A stretch of DNA of 64,000 nucleotides, taken from Pseudomonadales bacterium. GTDB lineage: Bacteria > Pseudomonadota > Gammaproteobacteria > Pseudomonadales > Azotimanducaceae. The translations under genes were made by a program, and so were the position numbers. Numbering within the stretch: the stretch's first letter is position 1; every line of letters begins with the position of its first letter. Shown here piece after piece: positions 43,769 to 51,765 of this stretch. The notes below the pieces were generated by a model that worked only from the letters and a program-made list of their open reading frames with translations, was not told where the DNA came from and did not search any database. The stretch is taken from assembly GCA_965267485.1 (NCBI GenBank), contig OZ254080.1:3520183-3584182 (forward strand). The letters are read 5' to 3'.

Positions 43769-45193
43769 TCAGTCCGCGACCGCCGCCCGCCGTTCGGCCA
43801 GTCTCGCCAGGTTGGCCTGATGCCCCTCCCGGTTGATGCGGTAGGTCGCGACAATAGCCAGCGCGAGCAGATACATGCCGCAGTAGAGCGGCAGGAAGAA
43901 CGTCGCGAGATCAACGCGCACCTCGCGCGTCACGTCACTGACGTCGGTGATTCCGTCGAGGCCGACGAGCGTTACAATCGTGCCGGCACCAATGATGCCG
44001 CCAGCGCTGATCGCCTTGCCCGCAAAGCCCCGGGCTGCATAGAACAGCCCTTCTGACCGGCGGCTTGTGGCCACCTCGCTGTCTTCGACGACATCGGCCA
44101 TCATCGAATCGAGCAGCACGTTGCCAATGATGCTGAAGATCACCTCCGAGACGATGAACAGGCTGTAAAGGTAGAGCGAGACCCAGCTGCCGAGCTCTGG
44201 CCAGAAGCCGGTCAGCAACAGGATGTAGGGAATCGGGTAGAGCGCGACGTTCATGAGAATGGCGAAGATGGCGGCGCCCTTCTTGCCCATCAGGCTGCCG
44301 AAGTACGGTGCGAGCCAGTACGCAATGGCCGGCGACACCATCACGCAGAGCCCGGTAAAGGCGATCATCGGGCCGGTGAACGCGAAGAAGTACGTCGTGT
44401 TGTAGAGATACAGCGCGGTACCAAGCCCCGCCGCGATGCCCGTCAGCAAACCATAGAAAAACAGTGCCGCGAAGTTGCGGTTTTTCACTGACTGGAAGAT
44501 CTGCCCGATCTCCCGGCCGATCTCCCGGAACCGGAATGGCTCAAGCGGCTTCGGCATCGCCGCTGCCTCCCGCTGTGTGCCCAGCGATGAGACGACGATC
44601 GCGGCGGCAATCAGCAATGCCCCGACCGCACCATAGATCGAATAGCCGGTCTGGACCGCGACCCCGTAACCACCGACCCACCACATGAAGTTGATCGTGT
44701 GAATGCCATTGCCGCCATACCAGCCGAACGCGTAGCGCAGTGCGAGCCACTTGTTGCGCCGGTCGTAGTCCGTCTCCAGATCAGGCAGCAGTGCGGTGGA
44801 TGGCACCTCGAAGAGCGTCGTACCGGTACGTATGAGCAGCGCCATCACGAGGATGTACAGAAACGTATTCTCCTCGTTGAGTTCAATCAGCGGATTGAAG
44901 AGGCCATAGAACGTGAAAGGGAGCAGGAAGAACGCGGCATACATGAACGGGTGCCGGCGACCGAGGCGGCTACTGGTCTTGTCCGACCAGTGTCCGAGCA
45001 GCAGGTCCGACGCGGCATCCCAGAGCATGGCAATGGCAAGCGCGAGCGAGGCGAGGTAACCGGGAACGCCCAGCACCTGATTGGCATAGATCAGCAGCAG
45101 ATAGCTGAAGGCGTTGTTCTTGATGCCATAGGCCAGCGAGGCCGATCCGTAGAACCAGAAGATCGGCCGTCGTTCGAGTGCGACGGTAGACAA
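43769..45193 (-). CDS. MFS transporter, GPH (glycoside-pentoside-hexuronide:cation symporter) type
   Basis: About 12 TM segments, with the GPH-like motif DAASDLLLGHWSDKTSSRLGRRHPFM. Confidence 0.8.
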   Translation of the reverse strand: MSTVALERRPIFWFYGSASLAYGIKNNAFSYLLLIYANQVLGVPGYLASLALAIAMLWDAASDLLLGHWSDKTSSRLGRRHPFMYAAFFLLPFTFYGLFNPLIELNEENTFLYILVMALLIRTGTTLFEVPSTALLPDLETDYDRRNKWLALRYAFGWYGGNGIHTINFMWWVGGYGVAVQTGYSIYGAVGALLIAAAIVVSSLGTQREAAAMPKPLEPFRFREIGREIGQIFQSVKNRNFAALFFYGLLTGIAAGLGTALYLYNTTYFFAFTGPMIAFTGLCVMVSPAIAYWLAPYFGSLMGKKGAAIFAILMNVALYPIPYILLLTGFWPELGSWVSLYLYSLFIVSEVIFSIIGNVLLDSMMADVVEDSEVATSRRSEGLFYAARGFAGKAISAGGIIGAGTIVTLVGLDGITDVSDVTREVRVDLATFFLPLYCGMYLLALAIVATYRINREGHQANLARLAERRAAVAD

Positions 45194-45276
45194 GTGCGAT
45201 TCCCCCTTAAATACTCGGGGGAATATAGCTCAAATGTCGGGGTTGTGGGCTATGCGCGCCAGACCTTCGAAGCTGG

Positions 45277-45404
45277 GTCGCCGGGGCACGCAGGGGCTTC
45301 CCGGCAGGCTGGAGGACATGGATGTCCGAAAGCCAGCGTACATGGATGTACCGGGGCGCGAAGCCTTGCAGCGGTGCCGGGAAGCCCCTGCGTGCCCCGG
45401 CGAC
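45277..45404. repeat. Perfect 30-bp inverted repeat separated by 68 bp (large intergenic hairpin / MITE-like)
   Basis: GTCGCCGGGGCACGCAGGGGCTTCCCGGCA at 45277-45306 has its exact reverse complement at 45375-45404. The spacer holds two ACATGGATGT copies. Confidence 0.85.
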
Positions 45405-45439
45405 TGGATTCAATTCCTGTGGTCAGCGAGCAGGAACGC

Positions 45440-46024
45440 TCAGTCGAAGTTGGCGGCGAGCGACGCGCGGATGTTCTCTGCGACGACGAGTTCATCCACC
45501 GGATAATGCTCATGATCAACGCCGATCACGAGTGGCTCGCCGGCCTTCGCGGCGGCGATCTGCTCATCGTTGAACTCATAGCGCAGAAAGTGAACGCTCG
45601 AGGTCTTCTCCTCGTTGTCGCGCTCCATGTCTTCGTCGGCAATCGCGAACACCTTGCCCGTCGAACCGAACTGCAGCCACACCTGATCCTCGATGCCAAT
45701 CAACTTCGCGAGTTGCCGCTTGCGCTCCTCCACATCCTCGTACTGGATCAGCATCGAAACTTTCAGGTTCTTGCCATCAGGGATCAGCGGATTGTAGGCA
45801 TCGAGTTCGTCCTGAATGCCCTCGGGTTCGAACACGCGCTCGACCCGCAGCATTTCCTGGATCTGATATCGAATCGTCGTCTCGTCCTCGAAGATCATCA
45901 GCATGTGCTTGCCGACGAGGACCTGACGATCCTTCTTGTGTGCCATCACTTTCGCCCGGAAGCTTTCGCGCTCCCGCGCATATTCTTCCAGTGACCAGAG
46001 ATCGTCACGGGTCAGTGTCATCAT
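45440..46024 (-). CDS. DUF3501-family protein
   Basis: Motif recall (LIPDGKNLKVSMLIQY, SSVHFLRYEF) and the classic neighbourhood with a CCG Fe-S protein and rubrerythrin. Confidence 0.75.
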   Translation of the reverse strand: MMTLTRDDLWSLEEYARERESFRAKVMAHKKDRQVLVGKHMLMIFEDETTIRYQIQEMLRVERVFEPEGIQDELDAYNPLIPDGKNLKVSMLIQYEDVEERKRQLAKLIGIEDQVWLQFGSTGKVFAIADEDMERDNEEKTSSVHFLRYEFNDEQIAAAKAGEPLVIGVDHEHYPVDELVVAENIRASLAANFD

Positions 46025-46036
46025 GATCTCTCCTGT

Positions 46037-47365
46037 TCAGATTCCGTATGCGTTGCGCAGCAGGGTGATCGGATGTTCTGCCAGGTCCACCGAGTCTGAA
46101 AGATGGGCAATCTGGGTTGCCGCCATCGGGCAGTCCGACGAAAAGTGGTCGGGACTCTTCTGGTCGACCTGCCGTACCACCGGGCGGGCGATCTTCACCG
46201 AATTGGCCCGGGTCTCCGCTTTCACCGCGTACGTGCCGTCGTGCCCCGAGCAGCGCTCGATGGCGTGGACCTGCGTATCCGGCACCAGGTTCAGCACATC
46301 ACGGGTCTTGATCCCGACGTTCTGTACCCGCGTGTGACAGGCAACCTGATATGAAACGTCACCGAGGCTGTTCTTGAACTCCGTGTTGAGCAGCCCTTCC
46401 CTGTGGCGCAGGAACAAATACTCGAAGGGGTCGAAGAACGCTGCCTGCACCTTTTTCACATCAGGATCATCCGGATACATCAGCGGGATCTCCTGCTTGA
46501 ACATGAGTACACAACTCGGAATTGGCGCGATGATGTCGTAACCCTCATCGACCATCCTTGCGAGCTGAGGGATGTTCTTCTCTTTCAGTTCGTTGACGGT
46601 GTCGAGGTCGCCCAGTTCGAGCTTGGGCATGCCACAGCAGACCTCTTTCGTCGCGAGATCAATCTGGATGCCGTTGTGCTCGAAAACCCTGATGAAGTCG
46701 TCGCCGATCTCCGGTGACGTGTAATTGCAATAACAGGTGGAGAAGAACGCAACCTTGCCGGTCGTGCGGCCGGCGGCCTTCGGTTCGCTGACGCCACCAC
46801 TTTGCCAGCGCTTGCGCAGCGTATTCGAGTGAAACGTCGGCACTGGCGCCTCGTGATGCACGCCCATCGTCGATTCGAGCGCATTGCGGAACATCCCGTT
46901 GCGATTGAGCGCATTGACGGTGACGTCGACCACCGGAATCGATGCCATCGCGAGTGTGGAATCGGTGCTGGTGAGCGCCTTGTCGCGGAAGGACGCGCCC
47001 TGCTTTTTGAATTTCTGTGCCTTCGCCTGCAGCATGAGGTGCGGAAAGTCGACATTCCACTCGTGCGGCGGGACGTACGGGCACTTGGTCATATAACACA
47101 GGTCGCAGAGATAACACTCGTCGACGACCTTGATGTAATCGGCCTTGTCGACCCCATCGACTTCCATCGTTTCCGATTCGTCGACGAGATCGAACAAGGT
47201 CGGGAAGGACTGGCACAAGCTGACGCACCGGCGGCAGCCATGGCATATATCGTAGACACGCTCGAGTTCTGCGTTGAGCTTGTCTTCGTCCCAGAAATCG
47301 GGCTCTTTCCACTTGAGGGGATGCCGTGTGGGTGCCTCGAGGCTCCCTTCGCGATGTTCGCTCAT
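46037..47365 (-). CDS. (Fe-S)-binding protein, heterodisulfide-reductase-related (two 4Fe-4S motifs + CCG domains)
   Basis: Motifs CHGCRRCVSLC and CYLCDLCYMTKCP, plus CCG motifs (EVCCGMP, and CSGHDG as the second CCG-domain region). Confidence 0.85.
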   Translation of the reverse strand: MSEHREGSLEAPTRHPLKWKEPDFWDEDKLNAELERVYDICHGCRRCVSLCQSFPTLFDLVDESETMEVDGVDKADYIKVVDECYLCDLCYMTKCPYVPPHEWNVDFPHLMLQAKAQKFKKQGASFRDKALTSTDSTLAMASIPVVDVTVNALNRNGMFRNALESTMGVHHEAPVPTFHSNTLRKRWQSGGVSEPKAAGRTTGKVAFFSTCYCNYTSPEIGDDFIRVFEHNGIQIDLATKEVCCGMPKLELGDLDTVNELKEKNIPQLARMVDEGYDIIAPIPSCVLMFKQEIPLMYPDDPDVKKVQAAFFDPFEYLFLRHREGLLNTEFKNSLGDVSYQVACHTRVQNVGIKTRDVLNLVPDTQVHAIERCSGHDGTYAVKAETRANSVKIARPVVRQVDQKSPDHFSSDCPMAATQIAHLSDSVDLAEHPITLLRNAYGI

Positions 47366-47392
47366 GCCGAAAAGTCCTCCTTGTACCGCCTG

Positions 47393-47812
47393 TTAGCCGT
47401 CGAGCGTGTCGAGTGCCTTCTGGAAGCGGTTGGCGTGGCTGCGCTCAGCCTTCGCGAGCGTTTCGAACCAGTCGGCGATTTCGTCGAAGCCTTCGTCGCG
47501 CGCGGTCGCGGCCATCCCCGGGTACATGTCGGTGTACTCGTGCGTTTCGCCAGCAATCGCTGCCTTCAGGTTGTTGCTGGTGTCGCCCATCGGGAGACCG
47601 GTCGCCGGGTCGCCGGATTCCTCGAGGTATTCGAGGTGGCCGTGCGCGTGGCCGGTTTCGCCTTCGGCGGTGGAGCGGAATACGGCAGAAACGTCGTTGT
47701 AACCCTCAACGTCGGCCTTGGCGGCGAAGTACAGGTAACGACGGTTGGCCTGGGATTCGCCGGCGAAAGCGTCCTTCAGGTTCTGCTCGGTTTTGGTACC
47801 TTTCAATGACAT
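47393..47812 (-). CDS. Rubrerythrin-family diiron protein
   Basis: Motifs [25 protein letters not shown] and [12 protein letters not shown]. Confidence 0.9.
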   Translation of the reverse strand: MSLKGTKTEQNLKDAFAGESQANRRYLYFAAKADVEGYNDVSAVFRSTAEGETGHAHGHLEYLEESGDPATGLPMGDTSNNLKAAIAGETHEYTDMYPGMAATARDEGFDEIADWFETLAKAERSHANRFQKALDTLDG

Positions 47813-47933
47813 AGCTATCTCTCCTTAATCCTTGAATACCCCTATTAAGGGAGAGAGCACTGTAAGAGGGTGCCTTCAAGGGATCAAATGAATCTTTTCG
47901 CTCACGATGATCGTCTGAATCGATCAAGAAATG

Positions 47934-48785
47934 CTAGCCGCAGACCTCTGCCTTGTAGGCCTGAAAGAGATCATCGACCTGTTGCCAGAGTGCACCGGCA
48001 GCACCGTTGCCGACGGGTTTGCCGTCGAGTTCGCCGACCGGCCAGATCTCGTGGCCTGAGGATGAAATCATGACCTCGTCCGCGGCCTCGAGTTCCGCGA
48101 CGGTGATTTCACGTTCTTCGAGTTCAACGCCGTTGTCCTGGCAAAGTTCGACAATCAGGTCGCGCGTGATGCCGTGCAGCAACAGGTTGCTCTTGGGGGG
48201 CGTGACGAGCTTGCCGTCGAGCGCGATGAAGACGTTCGCCGCGGTGGACTCGGTGACGAGACCGTCTCGCACGAGAATGGCGTCATCGTAGCCATTGGCG
48301 ATGGCCTCGTTCTTGAGCATGCCGGCGGCGATCAGACTGACCGACTTGATGTGGCCCCGAGACCAGCGGAAGTCGTCCATCACCGTTGCGCGATACGGCC
48401 GGATCGACTCGCGCGACAGAATCGGCGCATGCCAGGCCATGACCAGGACGGTCGGCTCAGCGTTTGCCGGGTATTCATGACTGCGAATCTCAGCCACGCC
48501 ACGCGTGACCTGAACATAGACATACGCCGGGGACTCGGCACAACGTTCCACGGCATCGTGGATCAGCTTGGTCCATGCGGCATCGTCCATCGGGTTTCGG
48601 ATGCGGATTTCGTCCAGGCTGGCACCGAGACGCTTCAGGTGCCGCTCGAGCGTGAACGGCTTGCCCTGATAGGCCGGGATAACCTCGTAGACCCCGTCGC
48701 CGAACATGAAGCCCCGGTCGAGGACCGAAACCCGTGCGTCGTTCGGGGCCTGCCAGACCCCGTTGAGACAGGCGACGGCGGGCAT
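47934..48785 (-). CDS. Class IV aminotransferase (D-amino-acid / branched-chain type)
   Basis: Motifs RGFMFGDGVYEV and ESTAANVF, with a fold-type IV length of 283 aa. Confidence 0.83.
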   Translation of the reverse strand: MPAVACLNGVWQAPNDARVSVLDRGFMFGDGVYEVIPAYQGKPFTLERHLKRLGASLDEIRIRNPMDDAAWTKLIHDAVERCAESPAYVYVQVTRGVAEIRSHEYPANAEPTVLVMAWHAPILSRESIRPYRATVMDDFRWSRGHIKSVSLIAAGMLKNEAIANGYDDAILVRDGLVTESTAANVFIALDGKLVTPPKSNLLLHGITRDLIVELCQDNGVELEEREITVAELEAADEVMISSSGHEIWPVGELDGKPVGNGAAGALWQQVDDLFQAYKAEVCG

Positions 48786-48792
48786 TGGCGGG

Positions 48793-48951
48793 CTACTTCT
48801 TCGCGGTTTTCTTCATGCGCGATTCCTTGGGCTTGACGCCGGAAACGCCGTTTTCGATCTGTTCGATCTTGCCGCCATTCTTCAGGAACGCTTCGACGTC
48901 TTCTTCGAGACGGGCGCGGGGACCAGCTTTGCTGATGGACTTGTCTTTCAC
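48793..48951 (-). CDS. Small conserved-looking protein (52 aa), possibly SutA-like
   Basis: AAGGAG RBS 6 nt upstream of the GTG at 48951. Motif VEAFLKNGGKIEQIE recalls RNAP-associated SutA-type proteins (weak recall). The longer ORF-track start lacks an RBS. Confidence 0.4.
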   Translation of the reverse strand: MKDKSISKAGPRARLEEDVEAFLKNGGKIEQIENGVSGVKPKESRMKKTAKK

Positions 48952-49165
48952 GATGAACTCCTTATTCCGTTTAGGACAAGACACCGCAGGCGAGCGAATT
49001 CGCGGGGATTCAATTCCGAAATTGTGCTGTGAGAAGCGGTGTCGCGGCGAGAGATGAACAACATCACGGACGGATGGTACGCGAATCCGAGCCGCAAAGC
49101 GAGTCAGCGCTAACCTCACCCCGCCGCCACCGCAGCCTCTGCGCCCGCCCCGCCGCCAATCGCGG

Positions 49166-49352
49166 GAGCATTGGGGTCAGGAGCATTGGGGTCAGAGTCG
49201 GGAGCATTGGGGTCAGAGTCGGGGGTCAGAGTCGGGGGTCTGACCCTGGGGTGGCACTGGGGTCTGACCCTGGGGTCTGACCCTGGGGTGGCACTGGGGT
49301 CTGACCCTGGGGTCTGACCCCGGGGTGGCACTGGGGTCTGACCCCGGGGTGG
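49166..49352. repeat. Composite GGGGTCAGAGTCG / GGGGTCTGACCC(T/C)GGGGTGGCACT repeat cluster (locus D)
   Basis: Three GAGCATTGGGGTCAG units are followed by at least 6 GGGTCTGACCC units. The cluster lies between the aldehyde dehydrogenase terminator and the small-protein gene. Confidence 0.85.
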
Positions 49353-49355
49353 GGC

Positions 49356-49385
49356 AAAAAAAGGCGCCCGGTGGGCGCCTTTTTT
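49356..49385. terminator. Bidirectional rho-independent terminator
   Basis: A7 - AGGCGCCC / GGGCGCCT stem with a 3-nt loop - T6. It lies 13 nt beyond the aldehyde dehydrogenase stop codon. Confidence 0.72.
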
Positions 49386-49397
49386 GGATGGGTCGCG

Positions 49398-50828
49398 TCA
49401 GGCGACTTTGGGTACGAAGACCGATTTCACCTCGAGGAACTCCTCGAAGCCATACTCACCCCATTCGCGGCCGTTGCCAGACTGCTTGTAGCCACCGAAG
49501 GGGGCGCCGAAATCAGGGCCGGAGCCATTCACGTGGACGTTACCGCTGCGAATCTGTGCGGCGACTTCCATCGCGTGATCCACATCACCGGACTGCACAT
49601 AGCCCGAGAGGCCATAAGGCGTGTCGTTGGCGATGCGGATCGCTTCTTCCTCGGATTCGTAAGGCAGAATCGAGAGTACCGGCCCGAAGATCTCCTCGCG
49701 GGCGATGGTCATGTCGTTGGACACGTTGCCAAACACCGTGGGCTTCACGAAGTAGCCGCGGTTCATGCCATCCGGGCGGCCCGTACCGCCGGCAACCAGC
49801 GTCGCGCCTTCGTCAATGCCCTTCTGGATCAGCGCCTGGATCTTGTCGAACTGCGTTTCATTGACGACGGGACCGATGGTTGTACCCTCTGCGAACGGAT
49901 CGCCGGGCTTCACGCCTTCTGCGGCGGCCTTGGCGATCTCAAGGGCTTCGTCGTGAGACTTCGCCGGCACCAGCATGCGGGTCGGCGCATTGCAGGACTG
50001 GCCAGAGTTGGTGAAACACTGTGTCACACCGGATGCCACCGCGGCTTTCAGATCTGCATCCTCGAGGATGATGTTTGCCGACTTGCCGCCGAGTTCCTGC
50101 GCAACACGCTTGACCGTCGGTGCTGCGGCCTTGGCGACCTCGACACCTGCCCGGGTTGAGCCCGTAAACGACATCATGTCGACATCCGGATGCGAGGACA
50201 GCGCCGCACCCACACTCGGGCCGTCACCGTTGACAAGATTGAAGACGCCCTTGGGCACGCCTGCCGCATCGAGCACCTCGGCAAGAATCATCGCGTTGAT
50301 TGGCGCGACCTCACTCGGCTTCAGCACAACCGAGCAGCCTGCTGCGATGGCCGGCCCGACCTTGCAGGAAATCTGGTTGATCGGCCAGTTCCACGGTGTG
50401 ATCAGTCCGCAGACACCCACCGGTTCCCGACGCAGTACATAGTTGCCCTTGCGTTCCTCGAACGCATAGTTCTTGAGGATCTCCATGACCGTGGCGAAGT
50501 GGCCCTGCCCCGTTGCCGCCTGTGCGGCCTTGGACAGCCAGATCGGCGCGCCCATCTCGGTCGAGATGACCTGGGCGATGTCGTCGTAGCGCTTCTGGTA
50601 CTCACCGAGGATCGCACCGAGCAGTTCCACACGCTCGGCGACCGTGGTCTTCGAGAACGATTCGAACGCCGTCTTGGCGGCTGCGACGGCCTTGTCGACG
50701 TCGGCAGCGGAGCCCATGCTGATCTTCGCAAACGGCTCTTCGGTCGTCGGGTTGATCACGTCGAGCGTGGCGGGCTGAACCGGGTCGACCCATTCGCCGT
50801 TGATGTAAAACTTGAGGTATTCCTGCAT
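49398..50828 (-). CDS. NAD(P)-dependent aldehyde dehydrogenase
   Basis: Motif ELGGKSA and catalytic Cys in FTNSGQSCNA. Length 476 aa. Confidence 0.92.
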   Translation of the reverse strand: MQEYLKFYINGEWVDPVQPATLDVINPTTEEPFAKISMGSAADVDKAVAAAKTAFESFSKTTVAERVELLGAILGEYQKRYDDIAQVISTEMGAPIWLSKAAQAATGQGHFATVMEILKNYAFEERKGNYVLRREPVGVCGLITPWNWPINQISCKVGPAIAAGCSVVLKPSEVAPINAMILAEVLDAAGVPKGVFNLVNGDGPSVGAALSSHPDVDMMSFTGSTRAGVEVAKAAAPTVKRVAQELGGKSANIILEDADLKAAVASGVTQCFTNSGQSCNAPTRMLVPAKSHDEALEIAKAAAEGVKPGDPFAEGTTIGPVVNETQFDKIQALIQKGIDEGATLVAGGTGRPDGMNRGYFVKPTVFGNVSNDMTIAREEIFGPVLSILPYESEEEAIRIANDTPYGLSGYVQSGDVDHAMEVAAQIRSGNVHVNGSGPDFGAPFGGYKQSGNGREWGEYGFEEFLEVKSVFVPKVA

Positions 50829-51078
50829 CGTTTGGTCTCTGCTTGTGTTGGAAATAGCGTCGCGTTGCCGCGGGAGACGTAACGCTACAAAGATGCCCCG
50901 GGGGTGTCAAGAAGCCAAATCAGCTTAAAAATCAATATCTTGCGAAGGAGGTCAGCACACCTCAACGGGGCCGTTGAACGACTGTCTATCCGTCCGCGTA
51001 TACGATGGGAGGGCGGAAAAAGCGAACCCCTCGCATCACCGCTATACTGAACCGTACTCACCCTGACGTTCTCGAACC

Positions 51079-51759
51079 ATGTCTACCGCCATGCTGCAAC
51101 GCACCGCACGCCTCACGCTCGCCCTGACCCTGCTCTCGACGTCCTGGGCGCTCGGCGCCAGCCCGCTGACCTTCCGGTTCGAGTCCAGCGGCGGAGCGCC
51201 CGTCAGCGATGTGGTGTTGACGGCCGGAGGGCCAGCGCCCACGTCAGCGGCCACCATGGCCATCATGGATCAGCAGGACAAGGCATTTCGCCCGTACGTG
51301 CTACCGGTTCGCGTTGGCACCGAGGTCTCGTTCCCCAACAGCGACCAGATTCGCCACCACGTGTACTCGTTCTCGGCCGCGAAGCGATTCGAAATCCGCC
51401 TGTACCACGGCGAGCCCGGCGAGGCGGTGGTGTTCGACGAACCCGGTGTTGCGGCGCTTGGCTGCAATATCCACGACAACATGGTCGGATTCATCTACGT
51501 CACCGACCAGGCCCATTTCGGCAAGTCAGATGGCACCGGCGAAGTCACGCTGGACCTTCCCGACGAGGTTCGCCGCATCAACGTCTGGCACCCTGATCTC
51601 TCCTTCGATTCCAGCAAGGTCCTGTCGCTGTCACTGGCCGAGATTGCTCGCGATGGCGATGTGTACGTCATCAATCTGGGCATCGCGACGCCCGATCCCG
51701 ATCCACAGGCAATCGACCCCGCGGACACGGGTCGATTCCAGCAGTTCCTGCCCGACTGA
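51079..51759 (+). CDS. Exported cupredoxin-like protein (often annotated as methylamine utilisation protein)
   Basis: Signal peptide. Type-1 Cu-like ligand pattern HH...C-x2-H-x2-M (IRHHVYS, GCNIHDNM). Confidence 0.62.
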   Translation: MSTAMLQRTARLTLALTLLSTSWALGASPLTFRFESSGGAPVSDVVLTAGGPAPTSAATMAIMDQQDKAFRPYVLPVRVGTEVSFPNSDQIRHHVYSFSAAKRFEIRLYHGEPGEAVVFDEPGVAALGCNIHDNMVGFIYVTDQAHFGKSDGTGEVTLDLPDEVRRINVWHPDLSFDSSKVLSLSLAEIARDGDVYVINLGIATPDPDPQAIDPADTGRFQQFLPD

Positions 51760-51765
51760 TCCGAC

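Noticed and set aside
44699-45994. 431-aa plus-strand ORF
   Set aside because: It spans the antisense of the MFS gene, the 30-bp inverted-repeat element and the antisense of the DUF3501 gene. It cannot be real without invalidating two well-supported genes.
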